Shown: positions 49,545 through 62,860, counted from the first letter of the stretch. The stretch is DNA of 64,000 bases from Camelus dromedarius (GCF_036321535.1 NC_087436.1:14880001-14944000); one strand, 5' to 3'. Notes: generated by a model not told the origin, from the sequence alone. Program-made: numbers and translations.

Positions 49545-50300
49545 CACCATCATCCCAAGCCATTGAAAATCTTCCTAATAGGTCTGCTTTCTTCTGTCCT
49601 TGCCCCCTTGAGCCTACTCTTAACCAGCAACCAGAGAGATCCTTTAAGATATAGGATTATGTTATTCCTCACTGCTCTCTTCTCATTCAAAGTCTCTATA
49701 CAGTAATACCCTAAGCTGCCCCCACACCCCGTGTCACTGCTTGAGCTATCTCCTGTCACTTAGCCCTCCTGGCTCTGATCCAGCCACACTGGCCTCAGGA
49801 CCTTTGCATGTGCTGTCCTCTCTGCCAAGTAGCCACATGGCTTGCTCCCTCACCTCCTTCAAGTCTCTCTGTTTTAAAATTTTTATTTTATTTTGAGGGG
49901 GGAAGTAATTATGTTTTTATTTATTTACTTATTTATAACAGGGGTAATGGGGATTGAACCTGGGACCTCGTGCATGCTAAACATGCACTCTACAACTGAG
50001 CTATACCCTCCCCACCTCAAGTCTTTCTTTATTCAAGTATCACTTTCCCAGTAAGGGCTTCCCTGGCCACCCTATTTAAACTCATACTCACATTTTTTTT
50101 TTAATCTCCATCACACTTGCCACTATTAACATGTCATATACTTTATTTGTTTATTGTCAGTCTTCCCCAACAATGAATCTAAACTCCATGAAAATGGGGA
50201 TTTTGGTCTGTTTGTTTCCTGGCATAGTCCCAGCCACTAGCACAGTGCCTGGCACATAATAAGGTGCTCAACAGGTATTTTTTGAATAAGTGGATGAATT
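49545..50300 (+). mobile_element. L2a 3' region, flanked by two halves of an antisense MIR
   Basis: ccagccacactggcctcaggacctttgcatgtgctg...agcacagtgcctggcacataataaggtgctcaacagg. MIR pieces at ~49440-49540 and ~50320-50390. Confidence 0.8.
49871..50016 (-). mobile_element. camelid vic-1-like SINE, long form, nested in L2
   Basis: ggggattgaacctggg...caactgagctataccctcccc; TSD tcaagtct(c/t)tct at 49859-49870 and 50017-50028. Confidence 0.9.
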
Positions 50301-50977
50301 CTCATATATCCTTAGATTGTGGTTAATTCCTGTTTTACAGGTGGGGTAACAGAAGGTTAAGAAATCTGCCTGAGATCACACATCTGGTCCCTCATGTGCT
50401 TCACCCCATTATGGGCTCCCCCTCATGACAGTGACTGACATTCTGTCCGTACCCTCTGAAGGGTCCCTCCAATCACAATGCTGCACTGGCCACAGCCCAC
50501 TGTGTCTTCAGGCAGAGGATTTCCAGAGCGTGCCAGCCTCTACCAGAGCAAGATCAATTGATTCCTAAGATGCCAGACTATCAATAGGCAGAACTTCTAG
50601 AAATGGCAGCATCTACTTCCCATCTGGGCCAGAAAAGCTCGAAAATACAGCTTCTGCATAGACCCTGGGCGCAAGCCTGATGCATTCCTGGGTAGCTGGA
50701 GAGCAGGGTACGCTACGTCTCTGCCCGACAGAGCTGGGGGTATGAGTTCAACCTGTTATTTTGACTTAGCGTGGCGGCTGAAGATTCCAACAAATAAAGA
50801 CTGGGCTTTTAGCAAAATTCTCATTGTTATGGTCAAGAGGTTAAGTTTCCAACTGAATTTTAATGAAGAGATATAGAAGAGAAAGAAAAATGTTGTAAGT
50901 GTTAGCTAATGATCAGATACAAAAACAACAAAATAACCTTTTCTTTTTAAAAGACTGAGTTTGGAGCTACTGGTATC

Positions 50978-51335
50978 TTTTTTTTTTTTTTTTTTTTTTT
51001 TTTTAGTTTTTAAAAATTGTGATTAAAGTATACATTATATAAAATTTACCATCTTAACCATTTTTAAGTGTACAGTTCAGTGTGTCGAGTATATACATAT
51101 TGTGCAACAGATCTCCAGAACAGGTTCATTTTGTAAAACTGAAACTTTGTACCCACTAAACAACTCTCTATTCTCCCCTCCCCCAAGTCCCTGGTAACCA
51201 TCATCCTACTTTCAGTTTCTAGGAATCTGATTAATCTAGATGTCTCGAAAAGTGGAATCATGCAGTATTAGCCTTTTTATGTCTGCCTTACCTCGCTCAG
51301 CATCATCTCCTCAAGGTTTGTCCATGTTGCCAAAT
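50978..51335 (-). mobile_element. L1MA/MB 3' end (antisense)
   Basis: Poly(T), then ataaaatttaccatcttaaccatttttaagtgtacagttcagtg...agtggaatcatgcagtatt. Confidence 0.88.
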
Positions 51336-51879
51336 GGACACACTCTTTGAGTCCCACTTCTGCATATGCTTCATCCAACTGGGCTGAGTATAAAGTCCAG
51401 AGGCTATTTTTAGAGATGCTTAATTTTTTTCATAAGCATTTTGTCTGCATTTATGATATGGAAAAAAGAATGCTTTGTTTATAACCACCCTTTTTCAAGC
51501 AGCGAGGCTCACCGCAGAGCGGTACTTTTCCATTTAATTATCCTTTTTCCATTAAAATCAAATCATTTATTGAAACGATTAATCACCAATAAATAGAGAA
51601 CAGTATTTAAATAAGGCGTGCAGTGCCCTACCTGTTTTAGAGTTGTGTCCTCAGGACACAAATTGTCCTCAGGAGTCCTGAGTGCTCAGAGATGCACCAG
51701 GGTTCGCTGGGGGACTGGGTGGGTTAAACGCCCACCTCACCCCGTGCTGCTGTGATCAGAGCAGCTCCAGTTGTGTGCCCCACACTGTGGGCTCCTGCAT
51801 AATATTTTATTGGAATAAAAAGTTTCCATAGTGTGGTGTCATTAGTGCTGTCCATGGAATGTTCTGGTTCTCCCTGCTC

Positions 51880-52406
51880 CCAAGGAGAGTTGTACTTCCT
51901 GAATTGCTGATGGTCGGGTAGAGCTGTGAGACTGATTCTGGCCAATGATTCTGGTCTGGAGCATTTAATTCCCGATGCAGGACCCTCCAGATCACCCCCG
52001 CCCCTGCCTTTTCCCTTTGCTGTGGTGTTGTGGACTGCATGCTTGTATCCTCCCCAAATTTATATTGAATCCCTAACCCTCAGTGTGATGATATTTGGAG
52101 ATGGGACCCATGGGAGACAATTCGATCATGAAGGCGGAGTCATCATGACGGAAGTGATGCTGTTATGAGAAGAGACAAGAAGAAGCAGCCTTCCCTCTGC
52201 TCTAGGCCGTGTGAGGACACAGCAATAAGACAGCATCTATGAGCCAGGAAGAAGGCCTTCATCAGACACTGGGCATGTCAGCACCTTGGTCTTGAACTTT
52301 CCCAGCCTCCAGAACTGTGAGAAATGAAAATTTGTTGTTTGAAGCCACTGAAATATGGGGGTTGCTTTGTCACTGCAGCATAACCCAGCCTATGCTAACC
52401 GATACA
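51880..52406 (+). mobile_element. MLT1A-like LTR (52026-52350) within an older MLT1H/I-like LTR
   Basis: tgttgtggactgcatgcttgtatcctccccaaattt...ccagcctccagaactgtgagaaat; end gcagcataacccagcctatgctaaccgataca. Confidence 0.75.
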
Positions 52407-53504
52407 CGTAGTTTTGAAAAGTGTGAAAGCACCATTTGGGGGATGTAGAAAAGCTCATGCAGATTCAGCACCTCTTCACTAATCTTTAACACTTCTGGAT
52501 TCTGCTTAATCCAGTCTTGTTTTCTGTGGCCTCGGGTTGGACTAGGGTTTATTTATCTTTTCTTCCTCTTTGATACTCACCCTCCACATTTGACTGGGAG
52601 TCTAGAAATTTCAGGATTTCACCAAATAGTTCACTTTTGTAGCTTTTCTGCTACTGCAGATTTTAACTTTTTTCGGGAAAGGCATCCCTTGATTGCCACG
52701 GGTTTTCTCATTCAGCAAGTGCTGCTGTGTAATACCTCTTCGTAGCTCTCAACTTCCATCACCTCTGTTTACACGAGGGGAACAGTTACATGTCCATTTC
52801 TTCCAGCTGAGCCATACTGAGAGACAGACAGAGAGAAAGGAAAGGAAAATGAGGAGGAAAAGGAGGTAAGTGAGAAAAGGAGACCAGAAGTATTTTTGGC
52901 AGCTGGGCTGTGTTGCTGGCCTCCTTTTGTACCCATGGGCTCCTGAGTTAGTGTGGTTCTCCTCCATCAGAATCACGCCGTGGGTTTGTCAAAAATGCAG
53001 GATGTGGTTCAGCCCCCACTGGGAACATCAGGGTGATGTGCACATACACCGAAGTTTGACAAACACTGTTAAAAATCATTCTGATCCCCTCCGGCTGGCC
53101 ATGTATACAGCATCAAAAACATCCTTTTCTTTGCTCTATTGGACAATGCCATTTTTTCCAGCCCAGTCTCAGTAACCAAATTACTTTCTGTTTTAAAAAA
53201 AACTCTTGCAGTCACTAAATTCTCAGCCCACTTCGGATCTCAGCCTATCTAATATATAGCTAAATGGAATATACTGATATTTTGAAATGGAGAAAAAAAT
53301 ATGATATGCTTACTTTTTGTGCACTTATTTTTATTTACTTGAAGTGGTTGCATTCGTAATTTAAAGACACATACACAAACAAGTAAAGAGAATCCCAGAA
53401 ACTGATTGCAGTGAAGCCAAGAGAACATGAGACAACCAGGTCCTGGGTCCCCAGGGGTAACACAGAAGCACGACATTGGTAAGTGACATTGGTCATCAAT
53501 TACA

Positions 53505-53705
53505 TGTCCCAAACTTGATATGTATTATCTCATGTAACCCTCGTAACCGCTCTTTCAGGGAGGAATTATTGTGCTTATTTTACATACAGAAGGTCTAGAC
53601 TCAGAGAGGTAAAGTCACTTGCCCAAGGCCACACAGCTGGTAAGCAGCAGAACATATGACTGATGCCTACAGCCACTGGCCTTCAAAATCCGTATCCTCT
53701 ACACC
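53505..53705 (-). mobile_element. MIR SINE
   Basis: ttttacatacagaagg...ctcagagaggtaaagtcacttgcccaaggccacacagctggtaag. Confidence 0.8.
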
Positions 53706-56700
53706 CAGCCATTTGCCTTCTGACGGACTACCTGAGACCTCTGAGGAGGAGCACGGGGACAGTGCAGGGAAAATTCAGGCAGAATGGGAAAAATGTCCCA
53801 GAGGGTATGTCCACCTAGACCAAATCATCCACTGACCACGGGCTCCAGCATGAAAAATATGGAAAGACTGCACTGCAGACTAGCAACTCCTTTGAAGAGG
53901 ATTTGCCTGGTCAGGGGGAAAAAGCCACTTCAAATATGGATGTGATTTCATTTGATCAAAGTAGGTCAGCGGAACTGGGCAGAGAGAGAGGAGCTGCGTT
54001 GGACTGAGGAAATCAAAGTAAGAAGGAAAGAACACAATGATGCTACAGTGTTTCTGTTCACCTGGCTAATATGATTCTCCATTCAGGAAGGGACATTTAC
54101 AGTTTCTGTAGGAAATGTCACCAAGACAGGCTGGCTGACAGACACCATCCTAGAAATAACTGCCTGCATGGAAAGGAATTCTATATGCGGTTGCATTTCT
54201 AATTCTATTCCTGCAGGACTGCGATGGGAAGAAAAGAAGGGTCACGATCAGTATTAATCGAAGGTGCACATTCGGGTGTGTCCCCCTTCTCCACGTGGAA
54301 AGGCACCGGACTTTCCATAACCAGCGCTTGATCTATGTATCTGCCCAACCAGGCTCGCCCAGGACTTTGGTCAATATTCCTTTATTTAGATTTTAATTTC
54401 GTTGGGTGTACAATCCCCCTCTCTGTCTTTATTTTCTTCAGCAAGTTGCATGCTGTGGGAACATGATAAATGCTTATTAATAAATGTGATATTCCTTGGT
54501 TGTGAGTTTTCTATCCTTATGATGAATTGTCATGGGAGGGGAAATGCTTTGCAATAGTATGCATCAACTTTTTATGAAAACTACTATAGCGAGTGTCAGC
54601 AAAGAGCTATTCCAACGTAAGTTATTAGGACACCTTCACGTTACTTTTTAGGGATGATGTATCTTTGTGTCGAGGGGCTTGCGTGCACCGGGGCTCCCGG
54701 AGCAGGCTGAATCATCACCTAAATGTCTGGCTACTTGGCATGCAGGGGGTACCGCCCTCCGCTTCAAAAGCTGCTCCTGGCGTGGTTGCTTTTTGCTGAC
54801 TGAGTCATGTAGATGGCTGCGATTCATCGCGACTCTTTACGCTTTAATCATCCTCTCACGGTTAATACAATGGTAATTGGTGTCACTTAATCTACTGTGC
54901 TGTTTAATGCCCTGAGACTTCTGGGGATTTCACACAAGTCACCCAAACCTAACCTCCACTATTTATTTACTCCGTGAAAGAAAAATGTCCCTTTTCCTCA
55001 GGCATCCCAGCTTTTTAAAGAAGCGAGCTGAAGTAGAATCCATCCTATGGGGTGTGTCCCAAACTGGAGAGGGGTTTTGCCTGCCTGAATTCTTCTGAAC
55101 CCCATGGCTTTTGCCCCTTTCCCTAGGAATTCTTGAAGTCACTGAGTTAATTTACCTATGGGCTTTCCTTTGCTAATTTTCCATCGTCCCAGACTCCTAA
55201 GTGCTTAAGGGCTGAGACAAGCCAAGCACAGAGGTGAGGGGAGTTCCTTCCTAAATGGGGCACTCCTGGGACCCCACTTCGGGAAGCACAAACACACACA
55301 ATAGCACAATGCTTAGACTTTGCCAACAGCAACAACAAAAACCTCAGCAACGCAAGAAGAGGGTATGGATAAAGGAAACCAGATTCCTCAGCTCTGATAC
55401 GTTCCTAAACTGCGCGCCCTTGAGCTCGGTCTGCCTCTCAAGCCCTCATCACTCCCGAGGCACAAAAATGTCAGTGCGGCACCTTATGAAAACCAATACC
55501 ATGTGTATCCCGCTCCTGGGGAAACAAATGACCATAGCAGAATGGGAGAAATAAACTCACCAAGCACATAAATAACCACTATGTGCATCTCTGCATGGCT
55601 GCAGGGTATTGGATCCAGAACCTGACAAAACATTAGAAAGATTTGTCAGTGGTTGTGGCTGTCGAGGTGGGGCCCAGCAAACAACATATCTCTGGTGTTT
55701 TCAAATTTATTTTATTTTTGTCAGAATGGAGTACCTAACCTTGATCTTTGCTTTCCTGAATGGAAAAGAAACAAGATTCCAGTGAGCGTCCGTACAGTCC
55801 TAGTTACAGAGAGGATGCCAGAGGGGACGAGATGGGTCCAGGTCCTGGTAAAATCGTTGCCTCTGAAGGCACCATTTTTGGGATGGGGACCTGGGAGAAA
55901 GGGGTGGGAAGGGCAGGCCTGGATCTCAGCTTCCTGTGTAGAATTGCAGTGCATACAAAGAGCAAATGGAAAACCAGGAGCGTTAGGGGTGGGAGCTGGG
56001 ACAGGGCAAAAGCTGGCTCTCTCTTGAGCAAAGGTGGATTATTTCTTCCCTTGATCAATCAGATTGTTTGCGCTTCTCCTTTGGCTCATTTCCTGCCTTT
56101 CTTACTTTCCCTGATCATGAACATCAACCAGGAACGGTCAACCTCCAGCCCACCTGTCCCCATTTTAACCTCTGACTGCCAGGGCGGAGCCCCCTCATGG
56201 ATTGTGGCGCTCGGTTCCCCCTGAGCTCACACGTGGTCTCAGAGCATTTCTCTCCACACCCTCCAGCAACCTTTCAGCAATAGTGGAAGCTGTTTTTCAG
56301 GATGGAACTTATGATCCATGCTGAGTAGACCCCGGACAGCCTAGCCACCGTTTCTCTCTAGTTCACCACACATCATAGATGCTCAAAAAACACTTAATGA
56401 GTGAGTGAAGGGTCATAACTAATAATAGAAGCACGGTAGATTCAACTGGATTACAAATAACCTTGGAGGATGGAAGATGAGATTCTAAGAAAATATTTCT
56501 GAATTCTTGAAGTGCTTTACTTCATCTGTTCCATTCTTCGCCTCGTTTTTAGCAAAAGCATAACTAGCTGTAGCTAGAAAATAAGTCAACAGCCCACGTA
56601 TATGTTAATATTCTGAGAAACCAACAAGATAAAGTTTTTAGAAATTATATGAGACTAGTTAATCTCAATTAAAATAACATTTTTAGTAACATTAAAGGTA

Positions 56701-58309
56701 TACCTGTTCATTAGAGAAAATCTGAAAAATTAAGTAAAAGAAATTTTAAAATCACAAATGGTTCTACCCTCAACACATACTATCATGATTTTTGATATAT
56801 AAAATTGCCAGTCATTTTTGGGAATATGCAAATATGTCTTTAAAATGATTTCTTTCCCCTTCCTTCCTTCCTTCTTTTCTTTTCTTTCTTTCTTTTCTGT
56901 CTCTACTTAGTCAAAATTAATATCATTCAATGCAGTTGTATAACCCACATTTTTTCACTTAATACATGCTGAGCATCTCTTCAGATAAATGTCTACAATT
57001 TCGTGCTCAGAAATGAAATTCTAGTTTTCCATCAGAATGTAATTTTCTCTTTGGGGTCAAATGCTGAATAGTAACAAACCAACATCTTTCAGAAAATGCT
57101 TTCACATAAGGCATTTGAAAAAGAACGATCAACTCTTTCTCATCTTTCCCCCTCCCTCCCCTCCCCTCCCCAAATAACAAAGAAGTTAAAAATTTCTGCT
57201 GCCGTTGAGATGACTTTTAAATATCGACAGTTCTGTTGGTAGGAACTTTGTGGTTGTGTAAAACAAGGAGGCTTTCCACTGTTCTGTGAAGGAAATGAAT
57301 GCACATCTTTCTTGGAAGCCTTTTCTAAACTGGAAAGATCTTGAAGGAGAACAGCAGAAAAGAGTGTCCTTTCACCATGGGAGAAGCAGCAACTTGGGGT
57401 ACACCGGCTTCTCAGGATAGAAGTTGGCCCTGGATTCTAGAAAGGCCGCCCCTAACCATGGAGGAGGCCTGAATTGGTGTCACCCGGGAATCTCCCAAAA
57501 CAGACCTGGACCCGCAGAGTCTCTGTGTTTTCTGCAGCAGAGTTGACACAGTCTGAGCCAGGATCAACCTCCCTGCAGGTGACAAGAGCCATCAGATCTA
57601 AAAATCTTAGACTGCAGCTTCAGTAAGGCAGGAGAGAGCAAAGGAGACATTGACGGATTTTACGGAGAAGGTGCTCCCTGGAAACCAGAACTAACAAATG
57701 TCCATGGGCTGATTCCATTCTCCGCCGTTGAGCAGAGCACTGAAGCCTGAGGACACGGAATGTGAAAAAGTAGGACCAGAACCAGTGCTCCCTTTAGCTG
57801 ATGAGTTCTCCTTCAAAGCCTCACCAGAGTGCAGACAGAAGGCCAAGGTCTGCCTTTAATGCTTTGCTTGTCCTGCCTGTTTGCTTACACAAAGGCTCTG
57901 CATGTCACATCTGAGATGAGCTCTTTGATGCCCCTGCCTCCAGGGAGGGCCACACCTAACTCATCAGCCCCTAAGGCAGCTGCCTCCCTCCCTGCTCCAT
58001 GACCTCCCAGGAAGGAAACCTTTCCAGTGGCTCATGACCTGGGTAGGTCATTGCCCTAATCCCTTCTGCTACTGAAAAACTGGTCTCTGGCTTTATCTTC
58101 AGTGTAAGGAATCTTTGCAAAACTTTTCCTTGGTACCATCAACTCAAGCACCCTTGTCTTGGCAAGGGCTTGCTTCACGGCTGGTAACACTAACCTACTC
58201 AAGCTAGGTGAAGACAAAAATTTAATCCAGAGGTATCTCACAGAATGCAAGGGCAGAAATGCAGCTGGGTCTCATGAAGCCCTGGAATTTGTAACTAGAA
58301 AGTTATAAA

Positions 58310-59372
58310 CGGATTTGATGTGAGTAACCAGAACAAACAAATGAAGAAAACAACAACAAACCAGCAAAACAATGACAACAAATAAAACGACCAGTAATAT
58401 TGCCTTAAACAATTAAAAGGCTATTTTTCTCATGAAATAATTTCAAAAGGAGGCCGTCATCACATCATTAGGAATGGAGAGATGGGATTTTGTCCTCATG
58501 GTTGCAAAGTAGCTGCTGGCCAGCCAAGCATCGTGTTTGTGTCCCAGTCTGAAAGAAGAAGGAGGGATAATGGGGCAGAAGGTTTAAAGTGAAAAGGAGT
58601 ATCAAACACATGTAACCTTTTGGAAAGCTCTCCTAGAGTTTCCATCCAATGACTTCTTGCTGGCCAGAATGTAGTCACATGGTCACTTGAAAGAAAGGTC
58701 AGCTGAAAGAAAGATGAGGAAGCTATTTTTTTTCTTTAAGTAGACATATTGCTACCTAGAGTACAATCTGATATCTGCTGGTGAAGAAAAAAAGAGGAAG
58801 AAATATTAGGTAGCAGTTATCTCCTGCTGAACCACAAATTACCCCCAAACCTCGCATAAGGTAAAACAATGGTCACTTTATTTTTTCAGGACTTTGTGGG
58901 TCAGGGCTTAGATGGATGGTCTGTCTCTGTTCTACGACGTCTGAGGCTTCAGCTGGAATGTCTCAAACACGGGCAGGCTAGTGTGGCCAGCCTCTTCCTT
59001 CTCTTGGAATCAGGTGGGGTGGCTGGACTGGGGCTGGGATCCCACACAGCCTCACACACATGTCTGGGGCCCTTCAGTTCCCCTTCACAAACCAAATTTT
59101 ATGGTCTTTTATCACTCAGTAACTTCACCCACACATCTTTACATGGTGATTTGCTTCCCAGGGGATGGAAACAGAAACAGCAAGGCCTCTGAAGGCCTGT
59201 CCTGGAAGTCAAAGAGCATCCCTCTCAATGCATGTTACAGGTCAAAGCGAGTCAGAGGGCCAGTTGGACTTCAAAGGGAAGGCAAAGAGACCCCAACTCC
59301 TGAAGGGGAGGGCGACACATGCGCACAAGGTGGGAGGACTTGCTGACATCTTTGCTGAGAATCTGCTGGGAT
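58310..59372 (-). mobile_element. two adjacent old MLT1 LTRs (approx. 58310-58810 and 58815-59372)
   Basis: catggttgcaaagtagctgct, tggccagaatgtagtcacatggtcac, acaaattacccccaaac and tgtgggtcaggg motifs. Confidence 0.6.
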
Positions 59373-61622
59373 GATCATCTGCGCTGAGGCTGCTCTCTCC
59401 TCCTCTCTGTCCACCTGGCACTGTGCCTCTGCTTCTATCTACAGATCTGCTTATTCTTTCTCAGCTTTCTCTCTCTGAGAGCCCAGCTTGAACTTAGCTG
59501 CCCCAGAATGGGGCCATGAGCCCTGCAGTCCGCTTACCTCGGTGAATTCTGAATCTAGAGACAACTAACTGAAATTGCTGAATCCCTGTATTTCTAATAG
59601 CGTAGGGGCAGGTGAAAAATCACTAGGCAGTCGTTTCCGCTAAATCAGGGATTGCAGTCCCTTTAAGTATTTCATAAATGTAGCTCACTTGTGAACTAAC
59701 CTTCAAGGAAAAGGCACCACCCTATAGTAGGTGTTCAACAGCATGTGTGAAAGTGGAGGACGCTGAATGGTGGCATAAAACCATCGGGAGAGCTTTTAAG
59801 AAGTAGTTGGTGAAAGTACAGTTTGTATTTTTATTTTTAAAGCCCTAAATCAAAAGAAAAGCTAATTTCCATCAGATTGCATTGTTATCTAATGGGTGAG
59901 AGGAGTGATTTTTTTTTTTTTTAAATCTTGGTACCTCCATACACACACGCGCACACACACACCTCCATGGTCTAGATCCATTCATTTACAGATGAGGCTC
60001 CTATTACCAGTTAAAGCATGTTTCCCTAAATAGCCAAAGCCAAGCATCAGAGAGACCATTTGCCCTGACCAAGTGATGGCACTTGTGTGTGTGGCTCATC
60101 ACCAGCTTTACGAAAATGTTGTACAGATGTCCTCCTGGTTGAAAGACAGGTGACAGAGATCTAGGCATCTCCCTAAGTTTGAAAACAACTGAAGTAGGAG
60201 TTCTTAATCAAAGTTCAAGGAACGTGTAAGCCCCCTGAAATCATACACAAATTTTAGCACATGTGTTCATTTCTCTGCAGTTGGCATCATCAGATTCCCA
60301 AAGGGGCCTATGAACAACCTCAACAGCACCACCCCCTGCTCCTGTCCACTATCCACCAGCACCAAAAGCCAAGACCTATTTCAGAATGAAAATATACCCC
60401 GGGGGGTGTGATGACTGAATGATAGCACAAGATTTATTGCGGTCACTTTTTTCATAAGGGTCTGCTTGTGTGGAGTACTTATTTCTGGTACAGGAGGGAC
60501 AGATGTAAAAACAGTCACCATCAAAAAGGGCAGCGCAAAGGGATCTAGAGCCCAGGGAAAGCACGAGGCCAGGACTAATGGCTGAACGTTCTTTTGCTAT
60601 TGACACAGAGAGGAGTGGTACAGCCTTTTAAGCTTGATAACTGTGGCAAAGCATGTCTGCTTCACTGCCTCACTGGTGGTGGATAGAGAGGTCTCAACCA
60701 GGAGCCCGCCAGCCCTGCCTTATCCTTGATGCATTTGGGCTCAGCAGGTTAGTCTCCAGGCGGGACCCCAAAGTCTCACTGGGCCATTGGGCCCTCCTGT
60801 GTCCCAGGGTGGGGTATGTGAGAAGCAGTGGGTTGCTGGACTGTGCCAAGGGCCTTCCTCCAGCCCCAGTGTCTCCACTTCCCTCTCTGCCAAGTGTGAC
60901 TGGGACAAATGCCCTAATATAAGCAAACTGGACAAGCCCCACCGGTAGCCACAGGCTGCCTCTCCCCACTAAGCCTTCTGCTTAAGGTATGTTTATGCTA
61001 TTCTCAGAGCTCAGATTCCGGTGAGAGATCTGGCTCTCTGCTGGGTGTCCCTCGACCTGCAATGTCAATGCTTCTCCAGCTTTATGCTCCACATTGGAGT
61101 TTGGATCAGATTTACCAAGCATCTCCAGCAAAGACCCATGAAGCAACCTACCAGAAGGGATGCACCTGGGGAGGGCAAATGGCAAGAGGAAACTCAAAGA
61201 GAATTCGGTTTCTTCCTCCAACCACATGCCCTCCTGTCCCTTTCACTAAGGCTGGTCTTGGAGAACTAATTTCTGCTAAGTAAATAGCAACAGGGACATC
61301 AATTTCCTGTCGTCCGCGGCGGCAGCTTCGACAGATCCCGTCCTTCATTCAAACATGTGAATGCTTCGCCTAAATTGCACACTTCTCATTTAGCATGCCT
61401 GGAAAGCCCGCTCTGTCACAGGCTCACAATCACGAGCAGACTGTGCAAGCTGAGGATGGCATCGCATGGAGCAGCTCCGCGCAGGCGCGTCCAAGCCGCG
61501 AAAGGAGACACGTCAGCGTGCTCAGCTTACTCCAGGGAGAGAGATCAGCTTTAGAAATGAGGCTTTGAAAATCTGAGTGTTGAGGAACACATTTAGAAAC
61601 TTGCATGAATTCATCTTAGAGA

Positions 61623-61655
<33 letters not shown>

Positions 61656-61706
61656 TTTATTTTTATTTTTATTTTTATTTTTATTTTTATTTTTATTTTT
61701 ATTTTT
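61623..61706. repeat. compound microsatellite (ATT)n followed by (ATTTTT)n
   Basis: Directly visible. Confidence 0.95.
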
Positions 61707-61919
61707 AAAATGCATAGAGTTTCTGGAAAGGACCGAAAGTTAGCCACATACCCCTTCTAAAGGTGAGACCTTCAGCTCTGGCGTGGTCTGAAGTTTTCAG
61801 TTGACTTCCTAGCTGTCCCCAGGAAATGTGAAGGAAGCCCCAGCAAGCCACCTGCCTCTCTGAGGCCCATGTGGCTCAGTGGGAGCAAACATTTCTGTCG
61901 CTCTAAACCTCCGTGTACA

Positions 61920-62075
61920 TCCCTGTAGGTGGCGCTTTCAGCAGCCCTCTGCGGCAGGTATTAAGAGCTGCATCTTCTGATGCAGAAACTGAGGCTCAGA
62001 GAAACTGGGATACTTGCCCAAAGCCACATAGCTAGGAAAGGGCAGAGCCCGGTGTGTTTGCAGGTCTTCTGAACT
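61920..62075 (-). mobile_element. MIR fragment
   Basis: ctgatgcagaaactgaggctcagaga...acttgcccaaagccacatagctag. Confidence 0.8.
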
Positions 62076-62479
62076 GAGTGAAGAATACAGTTCCCTCCAC
62101 CCCATGGCAGCCCCACTCCCAGTTACCTAAATCTGGAATCCAGCCTTTTCCAAGAAGACTTAAGGCTTTGAATACTAGGATCGGAGCTTATTTCGTTCCC
62201 CACTGCCTCTTCCTTTGGCCTTGACTGGATGCATCTTATTCTTTAGTCTCTTGGCCGGGAGAGGAAATAGACAGTGATGAGAGTGTTCCGAGACTTAATT
62301 AACTAATGTCTTTAACATTCCGGCTGCCCTGGGCAAAGATTCTGTGCTACAGAATTCTCAGAACATTCTAGGGACAGACTCTAGCTTTTCAATTGCAAAA
62401 ATCCTTTATTAAAAGCAAGGCGGGTGATGGATGGAGAGGTCTCCTCCTCCTTTGCAGCTAGGCAGGGAGGAAAGATGGA

Positions 62480-62860
62480 AGAGCAGAGAGCAGACCCTGC
62501 GGGAGGGAAGCTCCCTGCGAAGGTGAGCCGTGAGCGCCCAGCGCCCAGGCACCTGCAAGGAGGGGTGACTCCGCGGAGCCGCTCTGCTCAGGCTCCGTTT
62601 CGCAAGGAGATGTATTCCTGGCGGCGCCACGTGACTGGTGGGTGACCTTGTTCGGGAGGCTTGTTTCCTCGTTGTGCAACAACATCGCGCCGGCTGGGGA
62701 GCACCACCCACTGAGATTTGATGTCTCAGCCTCCGCGATAAACAAGGCTAAACGAATTAGCCAGGAAAAATAATTAATTGATTTTTATAGAGAGAATGTT
62801 TTGCTTATCTCGTCTTGGTTAACAAAACGGAGACAATTCCGGAGCTGTCCTGGGCTTTGT
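62480..62860. promoter_or_regulatory. CpG-rich unique segment, candidate enhancer
   Basis: About 20 CpG in 62498-62740; CACGTGAC at 62628-62635; downstream TAATTAATT and GATA motifs. Confidence 0.4.

Noticed and set aside
21909..50016. All four SINEs on the minus strand, suggesting a host-gene orientation bias
   Set aside because: Four copies is too few, and L1/LTR orientations are mixed.
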